A stretch of DNA of 64,000 nt from Gemmatimonadota bacterium (GTDB lineage: Bacteria > Gemmatimonadota > Gemmatimonadetes > Gemmatimonadales > GWC2-71-9). Under the pieces are notes generated by a model. The model saw only the letters and a list, made by a program, of their open reading frames with translations. It searched no databases and had not been told where the DNA came from. How positions within the stretch are numbered: position 1 is the first letter of the stretch; each line of letters starts with the position of its first letter. The DNA lies in the NCBI GenBank assembly GCA_041482275.1, contig JBGPDL010000001.1, forward strand, positions 17,368 to 81,367, read 5' to 3'. Positions 36,810 to 47,747 of this stretch are shown piece by piece. The position numbers were made by a program, and so were the translations under genes.

Positions 36810-39154
36810 AGCCGAGCCACTTGACCCGCGAGCACCCAGCCGCGCACGCCGTCGTCGCGGCGCACTTGCAGCCACGCGCCGTAGCGCCGCTCGACCAGCA
36901 GCGCGGCGCCCGCCTCGACCGTCGATGCCGCGCTCGCACTACCATAGGGCGCCACCCGCACCGACGTCGCCGGGTTGAGGACGATGGCGAGCGGTCGCGC
37001 CCGGCGCAGGCTCTCCCGGACGCCGAGCCCGGCCACCGCAACGGTGAGCAACGTCAGCCCGAGCACGACCGCGCGCCGGCGCCGGCCGGCCACCGCGAGC
37101 CACGCTGCGACCCACAGTAGCGCGGCCGCGACCGTCCATTCGCCCGGCGTGGCGACGCCGACGGCGAGGAGTACTTCGCTGGCCGCGTCGGGCGAGGGGA
37201 GGAGATCGCGGGTGCGTCGCACCAGTGGGTCGCGGGGCGCGACGCGCGCGGCCGTGGCCCAGGCCGCGGTCGCTTTGCCGTCCGCGCCCGCGCGGTACAG
37301 CGTCGCGCCGAGATTGTACCAATGCGCGGCCACGCGCGGCTCGGCGGCCACTCGCGCCGAGAACGAATCCGCCGCTGCGCGCAACGCCCCGGCTTCGTAC
37401 AACGCCTCGGCGCTCGGCGCCTGCCCCTGGGCCGCCGCGGGACGCCCGACCGCGGCCAGCAGCGCGAGCGCCACCCCCGCGGCTCCTGCGGCCACGCGCC
37501 GCTTTCCGCCGGGCTCCGCGCCCAAGACACGGAGCACCTGCTCGAGCTCCGCTGCGAGCTCGGCCGCGTCCCCGAGGCCGCGGGGTCCGTAGCGCGACGC
37601 CCGCAGACGGTCGCGCAGTCGCATGACGTGGTCGGCGACGGCGCTCTCCACACCGGTCGCCCGCAGGGCGCGGGCCAGGCCGTCGCCGTCGCGGGACCGC
37701 GGATCCGGCACGTGGCTCGCCAGCGCGAGGTGAAACTCTCGCTCCATGCGCCCCAACCGGGTGAGCGGCACGGGACCGGGAGCATCGTCGGCGACGGCGT
37801 CGGTCCGACGGCGGCGGCGCCACAGCCACGCGACGAGCGGCGGGCCCACGACAAGCGCGAGCCACCCCCATGGCACCAGCCCACGCGCCAGTTCGTCCAG
37901 CCCCTCCGGCACACGCCTGCGCGCGAGCGGCGGAAGCGCGCGTGCGGCGCGGGGCTCGAGCCCCGGTGCCACATCCAGGGTGCGCGGCGCCACCGAGGCT
38001 GTCGCGTAATCGCCGGCGGCGACGTCGTAGTAGGTGTACCGAACCTCCGGCATGACGAACGACCCCGCGGAGTCGGGCACTACCAAGTAGTGGAAGGTCT
38101 TCGTCCCCGCGATGCGTCCATCCCGCGGTTCCACCCGCATCCCCGTCTCCCCGGCGTAGGCCCGGAACCCCCGGGGCCAGCGAATCGCCGGCTCGGGCCA
38201 GAGGGCCACGTTGCCGGCGCCAGCGATCGTCGCCGTGACGACCATCGGCTCCCCCACCCCGGCATTGGGCGGCTCGACAGTCAGGTCCAAGGTGAGACCC
38301 TGCCCCACCACCCCGGGCCCAGCAGCCCCCTGCGCACCCCCGGGGAGCGGCACCACCGTAACCGGCACGGAGTCGCTGCGCAGTGAGAACGGCTCTTCCC
38401 GCCCGAACAGCGAAGCCTCGGCGTACTGGAGCGTCGCCGGCGGAAGCACGATCCGCCCCGGCGCGAGCGGGAACGCCGCCTGATGGGCGACGAAGAGATC
38501 CATCCATGTCCCGCGCACCAGCCGCGACGCCGCGACCTCCGTGGGCACGGCCCCCGGGTATGACCACACACCCTCCGCCGTTTGCAGCGCGAGCACCGGC
38601 GGACGAGGTAGCCGGACGCGCAGCGGGCGCGGGAACCACGCCGCGGCGACCACGTCGACCTGTTGCCCCACGAGCACCGTGTCGCCGGGGATGAGGACGG
38701 TCAGCGCCACGCGATCGCTCTGCGCGGGCGGCGCGGCGGCGACGATCATGCCGCGGGCGATCGGGGAAAGAACGGTCGCGAGGCCCGCCGCCGCAGTATC
38801 CACGGTTACCGTAAGGGAGGGTGTCGCAACTTCCCGGCGACCCTGCCGCACCCGCACCGGCCCGATCACCAGGGTGCCGGGCCGCTGGGCGCGCAACTGC
38901 AGTTGCCGAGTCGTGGTGCGCACCGGACTCCCGACGCCCTCGACCGTGACCTCCGTGACCTCGCGCGACCCGGCGATGGTGAATCCCGAGAGCGCGGGGA
39001 GCGTCACGACGACCGGCTCCGCGGAGCGCGTCCGCGCTTCGACGGTGAGCGTCAACTCCTCTCCCGCGACCACGCGGGTGCGGTTGAGTCGCGCCGTCAC
39101 ATCGGGTGGAGGCGCGCCCTGCAACCCGACGAACAGCCAGAAAGCCGGGATCAC
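36806..39154 (-). CDS. BatD-like protein fused to a BatE-like TPR + TM + SH3b C-terminus
   Basis: 782 aa. GTG start with GTGA overlap. The N-terminal Ig-like repeats are typical of BatD (VVAGEELTLTVEAR..., PGTLVIGPVRV). It has central TM segments. The C-terminus carries a TPR (AHWYNLGATLYRAG) and an SH3-like end (YGAWLQVRRDDGVRGWV). Confidence 0.7.
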   Translation of the reverse strand: MIPAFWLFVGLQGAPPPDVTARLNRTRVVAGEELTLTVEARTRSAEPVVVTLPALSGFTIAGSREVTEVTVEGVGSPVRTTTRQLQLRAQRPGTLVIGPVRVRQGRREVATPSLTVTVDTAAAGLATVLSPIARGMIVAAAPPAQSDRVALTVLIPGDTVLVGQQVDVVAAAWFPRPLRVRLPRPPVLALQTAEGVWSYPGAVPTEVAASRLVRGTWMDLFVAHQAAFPLAPGRIVLPPATLQYAEASLFGREEPFSLRSDSVPVTVVPLPGGAQGAAGPGVVGQGLTLDLTVEPPNAGVGEPMVVTATIAGAGNVALWPEPAIRWPRGFRAYAGETGMRVEPRDGRIAGTKTFHYLVVPDSAGSFVMPEVRYTYYDVAAGDYATASVAPRTLDVAPGLEPRAARALPPLARRRVPEGLDELARGLVPWGWLALVVGPPLVAWLWRRRRRTDAVADDAPGPVPLTRLGRMEREFHLALASHVPDPRSRDGDGLARALRATGVESAVADHVMRLRDRLRASRYGPRGLGDAAELAAELEQVLRVLGAEPGGKRRVAAGAAGVALALLAAVGRPAAAQGQAPSAEALYEAGALRAAADSFSARVAAEPRVAAHWYNLGATLYRAGADGKATAAWATAARVAPRDPLVRRTRDLLPSPDAASEVLLAVGVATPGEWTVAAALLWVAAWLAVAGRRRRAVVLGLTLLTVAVAGLGVRESLRRARPLAIVLNPATSVRVAPYGSASAASTVEAGAALLVERRYGAWLQVRRDDGVRGWVLAGQVARL

Positions 39155-40806
39155 CAGTCCTTCACTCCCGGCTCGGCCGCGTGCCGCATCTGGCCCGTCC
39201 GGTCGCGGCGCGTCTTGAGCTCCTGCTGGCCGATGGAGCGGAGCACCTGCTCAGCCTGGGCCTCACTGAGCCCGCCCGGGGTGCCCCCACCGCCTGGAGA
39301 CCCACCGCCCCCGCCTCCCCCGCCCGAGGGTCCGCTTCCCCCGCCGCCCGCCGGCGGCACGTTGTTCTGGCTGCTGCTCCCCCCGCCGCGGCGCCGCACC
39401 GCGAGCTCCAGGTTCCACTTCGCCGCCCGGTCGTGCGGCTTGAGGAGTAGAGCTTCGCGATAGGCACGCTCGGCGTCGCTCAGGTGCGCGTCGCGACCCG
39501 CGCTGTCGGTTGTGGCCTGACGCAACGCCAGGAGCCCGAGGTTGTACAGCGCGCGGAATCGCAGGTCGGGGTCGAGCGAGGCGGCGGCGTGGCCGAGGCT
39601 TGCCTGGGCCGTCTCGGCGTCCGAGTCCGCGAGCGCCACGGTGCCGACGTTGTACCAGGCGGCATCGTCCCCTTTCCGGGCGTTGAGCTCCGCGAGGTAG
39701 GCCGCCCGGGCGCGTGCAAGGTCGTGCCGGTCCCACGCCTTTTCCGCAAGGCTCCTCGGGTGGCTCGGCTGCTGTGCGGCCGGGCGCGCCGGCAGCACTC
39801 CCAGCACCAGCGCAAGGAGCGCGGCCGTACGGCGCGTGGCCGCCTGGGTCACGAGCAGCACCACCGCCAGCATGAGCGGCAGCCAGGCGCGCGGCCGGCT
39901 CTGCTCGGTGCGGGTCTCGCTGGCACGGGCCCGCCGATACGAGGCGACGAGGTCGCGGATCGCCCCCGCCTGATCGGGGAGGTCCGCCGCGACGAGGGTC
40001 CCTTGCGCCGCGTCGGCCACGGCGCCCAGCACGTCGTCCCGTCGCGCGGTGGCGATGATCTCGCCGTCTTCGTCCTTCTGGTAGCCGAGCAGCGCGCCGC
40101 GGTCGTCGCGCAGTGGGATGCGGGTCGCGCTGCGACCGCCTTCGGCGACGAGGATCAGACGGATCCCGGCCGCCTGCAAGCGCTGCGCCTCGGCGACGAC
40201 CGCCGACAGCGTATCGTGCGCTTCGCCGTCGGTGAAGACCACCAGCACGCGGTCGGCCAGGTCGGAGCTCGCGCGCAGCAGCTCCCCGCCCTGGCGCAGC
40301 GCTCCGGCGAGGCCCGTCCCGCCCTTGGACGCCACGTCCGGGTCGAGGGCGTCGAGGTAGAGTGTGAGCGCCGAGCCGTCCACCGAGAGAGGCGACAGGA
40401 TGTAGCTCGAGCCGGCGAACGCGATGAGGCCGAGCCGGTCGCCGTCCAGGTCCTGGACGAGCCGCCGCGCCTCGCGTTGCGCGCGACGCAACCGGTTGGG
40501 GCTCGCGTCCTCCGCGAGCATGGAGCGCGAGATGTCCACCACGATCACGGCCGAGAGGCCGCGAGTCTCCGCGACAATGCGTTCCTCGCCCCAGCGGGGG
40601 CCTGCGAGGGCCACGATACCGAGAAACGCGGCGATCGACAGCGCGGTCGGGCCGAGCCGCCCAGCCGCGAGCGCCTGCCGCACGGTCTCCTGCGACCAGA
40701 GCGCGGCCCGCCGCAGGCGGACGCGCCGGGCCCAGGCCGCCGCGAACCACGCAGCGCCGCCCACCAGCGGCGCGAGTATCAGCACGAGCGGGGCGTCGAA
40801 CGTCAT
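39151..40806 (-). CDS. BatB-like VWA protein fused to a BatC-like TPR C-terminus
   Basis: Track ORF 39151..42156, trimmed to ATG 40806 (MTFDAPLVLILAPLVGGAAWF...). VWA MIDAS: VIVVDISRSMLAEDASPNRL...TGLAGAL...VVFTDGE. This is followed by a TM, a TPR (AWYNVGTVAL, ALYNLGLLAL) and a Gly-rich tail. Confidence 0.75.
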   Translation of the reverse strand: MTFDAPLVLILAPLVGGAAWFAAAWARRVRLRRAALWSQETVRQALAAGRLGPTALSIAAFLGIVALAGPRWGEERIVAETRGLSAVIVVDISRSMLAEDASPNRLRRAQREARRLVQDLDGDRLGLIAFAGSSYILSPLSVDGSALTLYLDALDPDVASKGGTGLAGALRQGGELLRASSDLADRVLVVFTDGEAHDTLSAVVAEAQRLQAAGIRLILVAEGGRSATRIPLRDDRGALLGYQKDEDGEIIATARRDDVLGAVADAAQGTLVAADLPDQAGAIRDLVASYRRARASETRTEQSRPRAWLPLMLAVVLLVTQAATRRTAALLALVLGVLPARPAAQQPSHPRSLAEKAWDRHDLARARAAYLAELNARKGDDAAWYNVGTVALADSDAETAQASLGHAAASLDPDLRFRALYNLGLLALRQATTDSAGRDAHLSDAERAYREALLLKPHDRAAKWNLELAVRRRGGGSSSQNNVPPAGGGGSGPSGGGGGGGGSPGGGGTPGGLSEAQAEQVLRSIGQQELKTRRDRTGQMRHAAEPGVKDW

Positions 40807-41786
40807 CAAGGCACCCGGACGGCGAACGTTCCCGCGAGCACGATCTCGAGCGCCAACGCCACGAGCCCCATGGCGAGCGGCACGCGATAGGCCTCGTCGA
40901 AGCGGCGGTACACCACCTGCTCCACGGTCGATTTCTCGAGGCGATTGATCTCCTGGAACACATGTCGCAGCGACTCGGTGTCCGTGGCCCGGAAGTAGCG
41001 GCCCCCGGTCATTGAGGCGATCTCGGTCATCAACGGCTCGTCGATTTCGACGGGCATCATCTGATAGCGCAGGCCGCCCACCCCTTGCCCCGTGGGCACC
41101 GGCGCCTCCCCGCGCTTGCCCACACCGATCACGTAGATCCTGATCCCGAACGCTGCTGCCGCCTGAGCCGCCGTGCGCGGATCGACCGTGCCACGATTGT
41201 TCACGCCGTCGGTGAGGAGCACGATCACCTTGGTCTTGCCGGGAGCGCGGCGCAGCCGGTTCGCGGCGGTCGCGATGCCCGTGCCGATCGCCGTCCCGTC
41301 TTCCAGCACGCCGATGCGGAGATCGCGCAGCGCCTGCTCCAGCACGGCATAGTCGGTGGTAAGGGGAACCTGGGTGAGCGCCTCCGCGGCGAAGGCCACG
41401 AGACCGATCCGGTCCGAACGGCGCGCCCGCACGAACTCGATCGCCGTCTGCTTCGCCACGTCGATACGGTTGGCCGGCGCGAAGTCCTCCGCCAGCATGC
41501 TGCTCGACAGATCGACGGTCAGCACGATGTTGATGCCTTCGCTGTGGCTCTCGCTCCGCGCGGCGCCCACCCGCGGACCGGCGGCGGCGATGATCCAGGC
41601 GCTGAGGCACACGCTGCGAAGCGTGACCGGGAGGCGGGCAATCCAGAGGCGCTCGGCGGCCCCGGCCGCCGGGCGCACGTCGCTCATGCGCGTACCGGAG
41701 AGGCCGGCGAGCCGCTTGGCACGGAGCCACCACCACAGCGGCAGGAGGCCGAGCGCGAGGAGCAGCAGCGGGCGGGCGAAGCTCAC
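40806..41786 (-). CDS. BatA-like VWA domain protein
   Basis: Track ORF 40806..42011, trimmed to GTG 41786 (GTGA overlap). VSFARPLLLLALGLLPLWWWL..., MIDAS LTVDLSSSMLAEDFAPANR...GTAIGTGI...VLLTDGVNN, and a C-terminal TM. Confidence 0.8.
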   Translation of the reverse strand: MSFARPLLLLALGLLPLWWWLRAKRLAGLSGTRMSDVRPAAGAAERLWIARLPVTLRSVCLSAWIIAAAGPRVGAARSESHSEGINIVLTVDLSSSMLAEDFAPANRIDVAKQTAIEFVRARRSDRIGLVAFAAEALTQVPLTTDYAVLEQALRDLRIGVLEDGTAIGTGIATAANRLRRAPGKTKVIVLLTDGVNNRGTVDPRTAAQAAAAFGIRIYVIGVGKRGEAPVPTGQGVGGLRYQMMPVEIDEPLMTEIASMTGGRYFRATDTESLRHVFQEINRLEKSTVEQVVYRRFDEAYRVPLAMGLVALALEIVLAGTFAVRVP

Positions 41787-42634
41787 GGAGCGAGGTCCTG
41801 CGCCAGCCGGCGCGCCATCCCTGCCAGCGCCGCGATGTCCGTTCCCTGGGCGGAGGCGAACGCGACGCGATCGAGCTGCTCGAGCAAATCGCGGAGCTCT
41901 CGCAGCGGGGCGTCGGGGCGGGCCCGCGCGACCGCCGCCAGACACTCGCCCACGGCGAGCGCCGGGTGCGCCTCGGGTACCGCGCGGGCGAGCGCGGTCC
42001 GCAGCCGCCACACGGCCCGCGCCGCCACGGCTTTCGGCTCGCCGGCCGCGAGCCAGCGGGCATCGGGCACCTCACGTTCCACTGGAAGGCGAGGTGCCGG
42101 ACCGGGCGCCCGGGGCGGCCGGCGCCGTAGCGTGACGCCCGCTCCGAGGAGCGCAAGCGTGATCGCCGCTGCGGCGAGCGGCGCCACCGGGCTGCGATGG
42201 CTCGCGCGGAGCGGTGCGAGCGGGCCTTGGGGGCCCGGCGCCGTGACCGTATCGGGGATGACGCTCACCACGGCAAATCCCGCCACGCCCCCTGCCGTCG
42301 AGTCGGCGCGCCCGTCGGGAGCCAGACGCCAGATGGGCGGCAGCGTCAGCCGCTCGATGCCCGGTCTCCAGGCCACCACGGCGTACCGGACCACCCAGCC
42401 ATCCGGGCTCCGCAGCACCGCTGGGTCGGCGAGCGGCTCCACCCCGTCGGAGGCCTCCAGTTTGCTCGCGCGAATCTGCCACCCGGCCGGTACCTCGACC
42501 TGCCGCTCGAGCCAGACGGTGTCGCCTACCGTGGGGCGTGCCGGGGCGACCACCCACGCTCCGCCCTGCGCCGGTACGGAACCCCAGGACGCCAGCACCC
42601 CGACCACGATGCCGGCGGCACACCGACCGGTCAT
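41783..42634 (-). CDS. Membrane protein of unknown function, in the position occupied by DUF4381-type genes in Bat operons
   Basis: 283 aa. ATGA overlaps on both sides. A signal/TM segment, then a beta-rich domain, then a TM (VAPLAAAAITLALLGAGVTL), then a helical tail. Confidence 0.45.
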   Translation of the reverse strand: MTGRCAAGIVVGVLASWGSVPAQGGAWVVAPARPTVGDTVWLERQVEVPAGWQIRASKLEASDGVEPLADPAVLRSPDGWVVRYAVVAWRPGIERLTLPPIWRLAPDGRADSTAGGVAGFAVVSVIPDTVTAPGPQGPLAPLRASHRSPVAPLAAAAITLALLGAGVTLRRRPPRAPGPAPRLPVEREVPDARWLAAGEPKAVAARAVWRLRTALARAVPEAHPALAVGECLAAVARARPDAPLRELRDLLEQLDRVAFASAQGTDIAALAGMARRLAQDLAP

Positions 42635-43568
42635 CGTTTCAGCCGGCGGGCGCGTTCGGCGAAAGCGCGACGCAACGGCACGCCGTAGGGGACGCTAGTC
42701 TGGAGTGCCACGCGGTCCACCCCGGCCTGAACGAGCTTGCGGGTGCGCTCCTGCAGTTGCCGCTCCGCAGCGACGGTGACCCGTGTGCGGGTGGGCCCGT
42801 GGCTCGTGTCCAGCAGCACGCGCTGCCCCGTCTCGGAATCTTCCATGTCGACCCAGCCGGCATCCGGAAGGTTCCGCTCGCGCGGGTCGTCGATGGTGAT
42901 GGCGACGACGTCGTGTTTCGACGCCAGCTGCCCCAGCGCCTCTTCCCAGCCCTCGGCCCGGAAGTCCGAGAGGATCACGACGATCGAACGATGGCGCGGC
43001 AGCTTGGCCGCGTAGCGCAGCGCTTCCGCCAGGTTGGTGCCCCGTCCGCGCGGCGTGAACGCCACCAGGTCGCGGATCACCCGCAGTGCGTGCGGCCGGC
43101 CCTTGGCCGGCCGGAGCACGACCTCGACCGTGTCCGCGAACACGAGCGCGCCGACGCGGTCGCTGTGGCGCGCCGCCGCGAGGGCGAGCACGGCCGCGAC
43201 CTCGACCGCGAGACCCGCTTTCGTGTAGGGGCGTCCGAACTGACAGGAGCCGGACTGGTCCACGACCAGCAGCAGCGTGTTTTCCCGCTCCTCGTGGAAC
43301 GTCTTCACGAACGGGTGCCCCATCCGGGCGGAGACGTTCCAGTCGATCGCTCGGAAATCGTCGCCCTGCTGGTACTCGCGCACCTCCGCGAATTCGATCC
43401 CCTGGCCGCGGAACACCGACCGGTAGTTGCCCGTGAACAGGGAGTTGACGAGGCCGCGGGTGCGGAGCTCGATCCCCTTGACCTGGCGCAGGACTTCCGG
43501 CGTGACAGCGCGCCGGCGCGCGCGGAGCGGAGAGCTCTCGCCACGCCGGCGGTCTTTGCCCTGATACG

Positions 43569-43572
<4 letters not shown>
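42631..43572 (-). CDS. DUF58 domain protein (MoxR-associated)
   Basis: Track ORF 42631..44352, trimmed to GTG 43572 (GTGA overlap). FRGQGIEFAEVREYQQGDDFRAIDWNVSAR is the DUF58 signature. Confidence 0.85.
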
Positions 43573-44539
<967 letters not shown>

Positions 44540-44543
<4 letters not shown>

Positions 44544-46096
44544 TTCAGCGCCGCCTCCGCCGCTTTGCGCACCGCCGGCTCCTTGTCCTTACTGTAGAGT
44601 TCCAACAGGCCCCGGGCTTCGGGGCGTGTGAGGTGTCGCAGGCCGTCCACCGCCGCTGCCCGCACCGTCGGGCTCCGCCGCTTCATCATTCCCCCCGGCT
44701 CCGCGTGGCGGGCGAGCACTTCAAGCGCCTCCTTCGCGCCGAGCTGCCCGATGGCCCGCAGCAACTCCGCCTGTACCCCTTCGTCCGGCTCCTGGTCCAG
44801 CCGGCGGATCAGTACGGTGGAAGAGGCCGGGTCGCCCCCCGCCACGACCGCCCGCACCGCAGCGGCGCGCACGGCGACGCTGTCGTCCTTGAGCGCCGGC
44901 ATGGCCGGGCGGGAGATCTCCCGTCCTCCCGCCTCCACAAGTGCAAGCAGCGCCGCTTCCCGCACGTACTCGGACGCGTGGCGCAGCAGCGGCAGCAGCA
45001 GGGCCACAGCCTGGGGGCTCCCGGTTAGCCCCACGAACTCCGCCGCCGCGGCGACGATCTCGGAGTCCTTGTCCGCCAGCTTGCCCTGCAGCGGCTCGAG
45101 GGCGCGGTCCGCAGCCTTGCGCACGGCGGCGCGGTAGGGCGCCCGCAGCTCGAGCGGAGCCGCGATGAACGCATCGACCACGGGCCCCATCGACACGGAC
45201 GCCAGCGCGCCCACCGCCCCGACCAGCGTCTCGCGCTCCTCGGGCGGCACGCGCGGCTCGCCCAGCCGGTGCACCAGACGCTCGACGAGCGCGCGGTCGG
45301 AGAGCGCGAGTGCCGCCTGGTCGATCGCAGCGAGCAGCGCCGGATCCTGAGCGGTGCGAAGCAGGCGGTCGAGTCCGGCGATTGCGTCCGCCACCAGAAC
45401 GAGGTCGTGCAAGCCGACGAGCTCGGCGGCGAGCGCCGCCAGTTTTTCGACCGCCACCCGCTGCTCGTCGGGCGTCGCCGCGGGGCGGAGCGCCGCCACC
45501 GCCCGCTTCACCTCGACGTCGGCGGGGAGCGCATCGGGCCGAAACGCCGCGCTGGCGCGCTTGGACGCGAGCAGGGACTCCGCCGAGTGGGGCGCGGGCG
45601 GCGCCGCGGTCGCCGGCCCCGTTGGCGCGGGGGCTACCGGCGGCTCGGGGATCACGGGCGTATCCTGCACGGGCGTCGGCGTGCGGAACCGCTCGAGGCG
45701 CGCGGACGAGCGACGCCCGAGCGTCAACGCGATGCGCCCGAGCGTCGCGTCGTCGTGCGCAAGCGCCCCTGTCGCCACGTGGAACAGCGCCAACACGTGG
45801 TCCGGGGTCATGCCGGGATTCAGCGTCACGGCGCGTATCCCACGGGCGTACAGCAGCCCGGCGAGTTCCGCGATCTGGGCGTTCCGCGGGAGCAGCTGCT
45901 GGCCGTGCCAGTGCAGCCCCGTCACGCCGACTTTCCATTCCACGGTGCCGAGCGCGGCGAGCGGCGGCAACGCCTCGCCGATCTGCCGCAACGCTTCCAT
46001 CACCGCCGGGTGCGTGGGCGGGTACAGCCGCGTCAGCCGGAACGTCGTGCCGACGGCGCCGAGGGCGCGTTCGACTCCTGCGGTCTCCGCTGCCAT
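44540..46096 (-). CDS. HEAT-repeat protein with the same N-terminal module as the HD-GYP pair
   Basis: Track ORF 44540..46513, trimmed to ATG 46096 (MAAETAGVERALGAVGTTFRLTRLYPPTHPAVMEAL...). C-terminal HEAT repeats: LKDDSVAVRAAAVRAVV, SPTVRAAAVDGLRHL, KDKEPAVRKAAEAAL. ATGA overlap with moxR. Confidence 0.65.
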
Positions 46097-46100
46097 CGAT

Positions 46101-47747
46101 CTAGCGCTTGATCCGCTCTCCCCGGTCCTCGAACCGGAACACCCACGTGGCGAAACGTGCGGGCTCGATCGGCTCATCCGCACCGATCGCCGTCCAGTCC
46201 ACGTCGCTCCCCGATTCGGCCGCCCGGCCGGCGCGACGCTCGGCCTGGGCGACCATCTCCAGCGCCCGCGTGATCCATATCCCGAACTGTGCGGGCCGCA
46301 GATCCACCCAACCGCGTGGCGCCGCGTCCAGGGGATCGTGACCGTCGGCCGGCACCGCCACGACGCTGCCGCGGTATAGCCGCTCGCCGTCCGGGGTGAG
46401 GATGGGGATCCCCACCGAGAGAATATGGCTCCGTAACGCCGCGTCCCGCTCCAGGCGGGCGAGCGCCTCTGCCGCCAGCGCTTTCGCCTGGGACTGGGCC
46501 AGCGCACGGACACTGGGACGGAGCAGCCCGCACAAGTGCGACTCCCACAGAAGCTTGGTGAGCCGGGGCGGTCCCAGCATCTCGTAGGCGACAGGGCGGC
46601 TCTGGGTCCCGCGCTCGAGGCCGCGCAGCCGCTCGAGCGCTGCGGCCCGCAGCATGGCGGCCCGGTAGGTCGGGCCCGCGGTGGCCGCGTCGAGCGCCGC
46701 CACCACGTCCCGCCCCGAGGGCCGTCCTTCGAGCTCCATCATCACGTACTCGGCGACCTCCTCGGGCGTGATGAATTCCATCTGCCCAAGCGCCGTGACC
46801 GTCTCGAATTCCTCGCGCGAGAACAGCCCGTTTTCTCCCACGTCGATGAACGCGCCCTCGAGCGGCTTGCCCAGGTCGCACCACGGGTGTGCGTCAGGCT
46901 GGAACGCCTGGGCGAGCGTCACCGGAACGGGGCAGTCCACGAGCGGGATCGGCTTCCCCTTACGGCGGATGGGGCCGAACCCGATCTCGCGCCAGGCGAT
47001 CGTGGCCGTTGGCTTGATCTCGATAGCCGCCGGTGCGCCGGGCGTGCGCCCAAGCAAGAAGAGCAGTAGCGACTGGGCGCCGGCAACGGCCGACTTGGTG
47101 AGCAGCATACGGCTGGGACGCTCTTCGGAATGCGTGTAGGGAATGTTGAAACCCATGCCACCGGTGCCGCTCGTGCCGATCTTCACGTACGCCTTCGTCT
47201 CGGCGCGTCGCAGCGACTCGACCAGGATCTGCACGTGCCGGATGAGCTGCGGCATGGTGAGCAGCAGGACGTGACGCTCGACGGTCGCCTGATCGGCCTG
47301 CCCGCGGGCGGCCAACGCCAGCAGGTCGCGCGCGCTCTGCAATGCATCCTGGTACGCGAATGCCGTCGCCGTGTTGATGCTGTCCACCACAGCCTCGGGC
47401 CGGTACTTGATCAGGAGCTGGTAGAGGAAGCTGCGGTGCACGACCTCATCGGTGAGCTCGCCGAGGAGATCGTCGAGCAAGACGCGGCGATGCCCAGCGT
47501 CGGCCACCACGGCGGTCCGTCCCAATCGCGCGAGGCTCGCGGGCAGGAACACGTCGCCCCATTCCACCTCGATCGCGACGCGCCCGCGATACGGTTCGAG
47601 CGCCCGGGCCGTCGCTTTCACCTCGTCCTCGAACAGGGCCACGAGCACGATGCGCCGCGGCGCCGCGCCCAACAGGCGGCGCGCCACCGCGTGGCCCACC
47701 AGCCCGCTGCCGCCGAGGATCATCGCGGTCCGATCACGTAGTTCCAT
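46101..47747 (-). CDS. Large Rossmann-fold (GGSGLVG) protein of unknown function
   Basis: Track ORF 46101..47774. There are three candidate ATG starts (47774, 47747, 47723); I chose 47747 (MELRDRTAMILGGSGLVGHAVARRLL). I cannot assign a family. Distinctive strings: DSINTATAFAYQD, KIGTSGTGGMGFNIPYTHSE. Confidence 0.55.
   Translation of the reverse strand: MELRDRTAMILGGSGLVGHAVARRLLGAAPRRIVLVALFEDEVKATARALEPYRGRVAIEVEWGDVFLPASLARLGRTAVVADAGHRRVLLDDLLGELTDEVVHRSFLYQLLIKYRPEAVVDSINTATAFAYQDALQSARDLLALAARGQADQATVERHVLLLTMPQLIRHVQILVESLRRAETKAYVKIGTSGTGGMGFNIPYTHSEERPSRMLLTKSAVAGAQSLLLFLLGRTPGAPAAIEIKPTATIAWREIGFGPIRRKGKPIPLVDCPVPVTLAQAFQPDAHPWCDLGKPLEGAFIDVGENGLFSREEFETVTALGQMEFITPEEVAEYVMMELEGRPSGRDVVAALDAATAGPTYRAAMLRAAALERLRGLERGTQSRPVAYEMLGPPRLTKLLWESHLCGLLRPSVRALAQSQAKALAAEALARLERDAALRSHILSVGIPILTPDGERLYRGSVVAVPADGHDPLDAAPRGWVDLRPAQFGIWITRALEMVAQAERRAGRAAESGSDVDWTAIGADEPIEPARFATWVFRFEDRGERIKR

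Noticed and set aside
39270-39370. Repetitive GC-rich DNA (ccgcc/ccccc periodicity), considered as a tandem repeat or CRISPR-like array.
   Set aside because: It is the coding sequence for the Gly-rich tail (GGGSGPSGGGGGGGGSPGGGGTPGG) of the BatB/C fusion. It has no repeat-spacer organisation. No CRISPR array was seen anywhere in the window.
39151-42156. Apparent giant or N-terminally extended ORFs. Examples: the 1001-aa ORF 39151..42156; 774-aa 7278..9602; 859-aa 10401..12980; 779-aa 52227..54566; 604-aa 30667..32481; 573-aa 42631..44352.
   Set aside because: The upstream portions overlap the preceding gene in another frame and are compositional junk. Recognisable protein sequence begins exactly at an ATG/GTG overlapping the upstream stop codon, so the ORFs were trimmed there.
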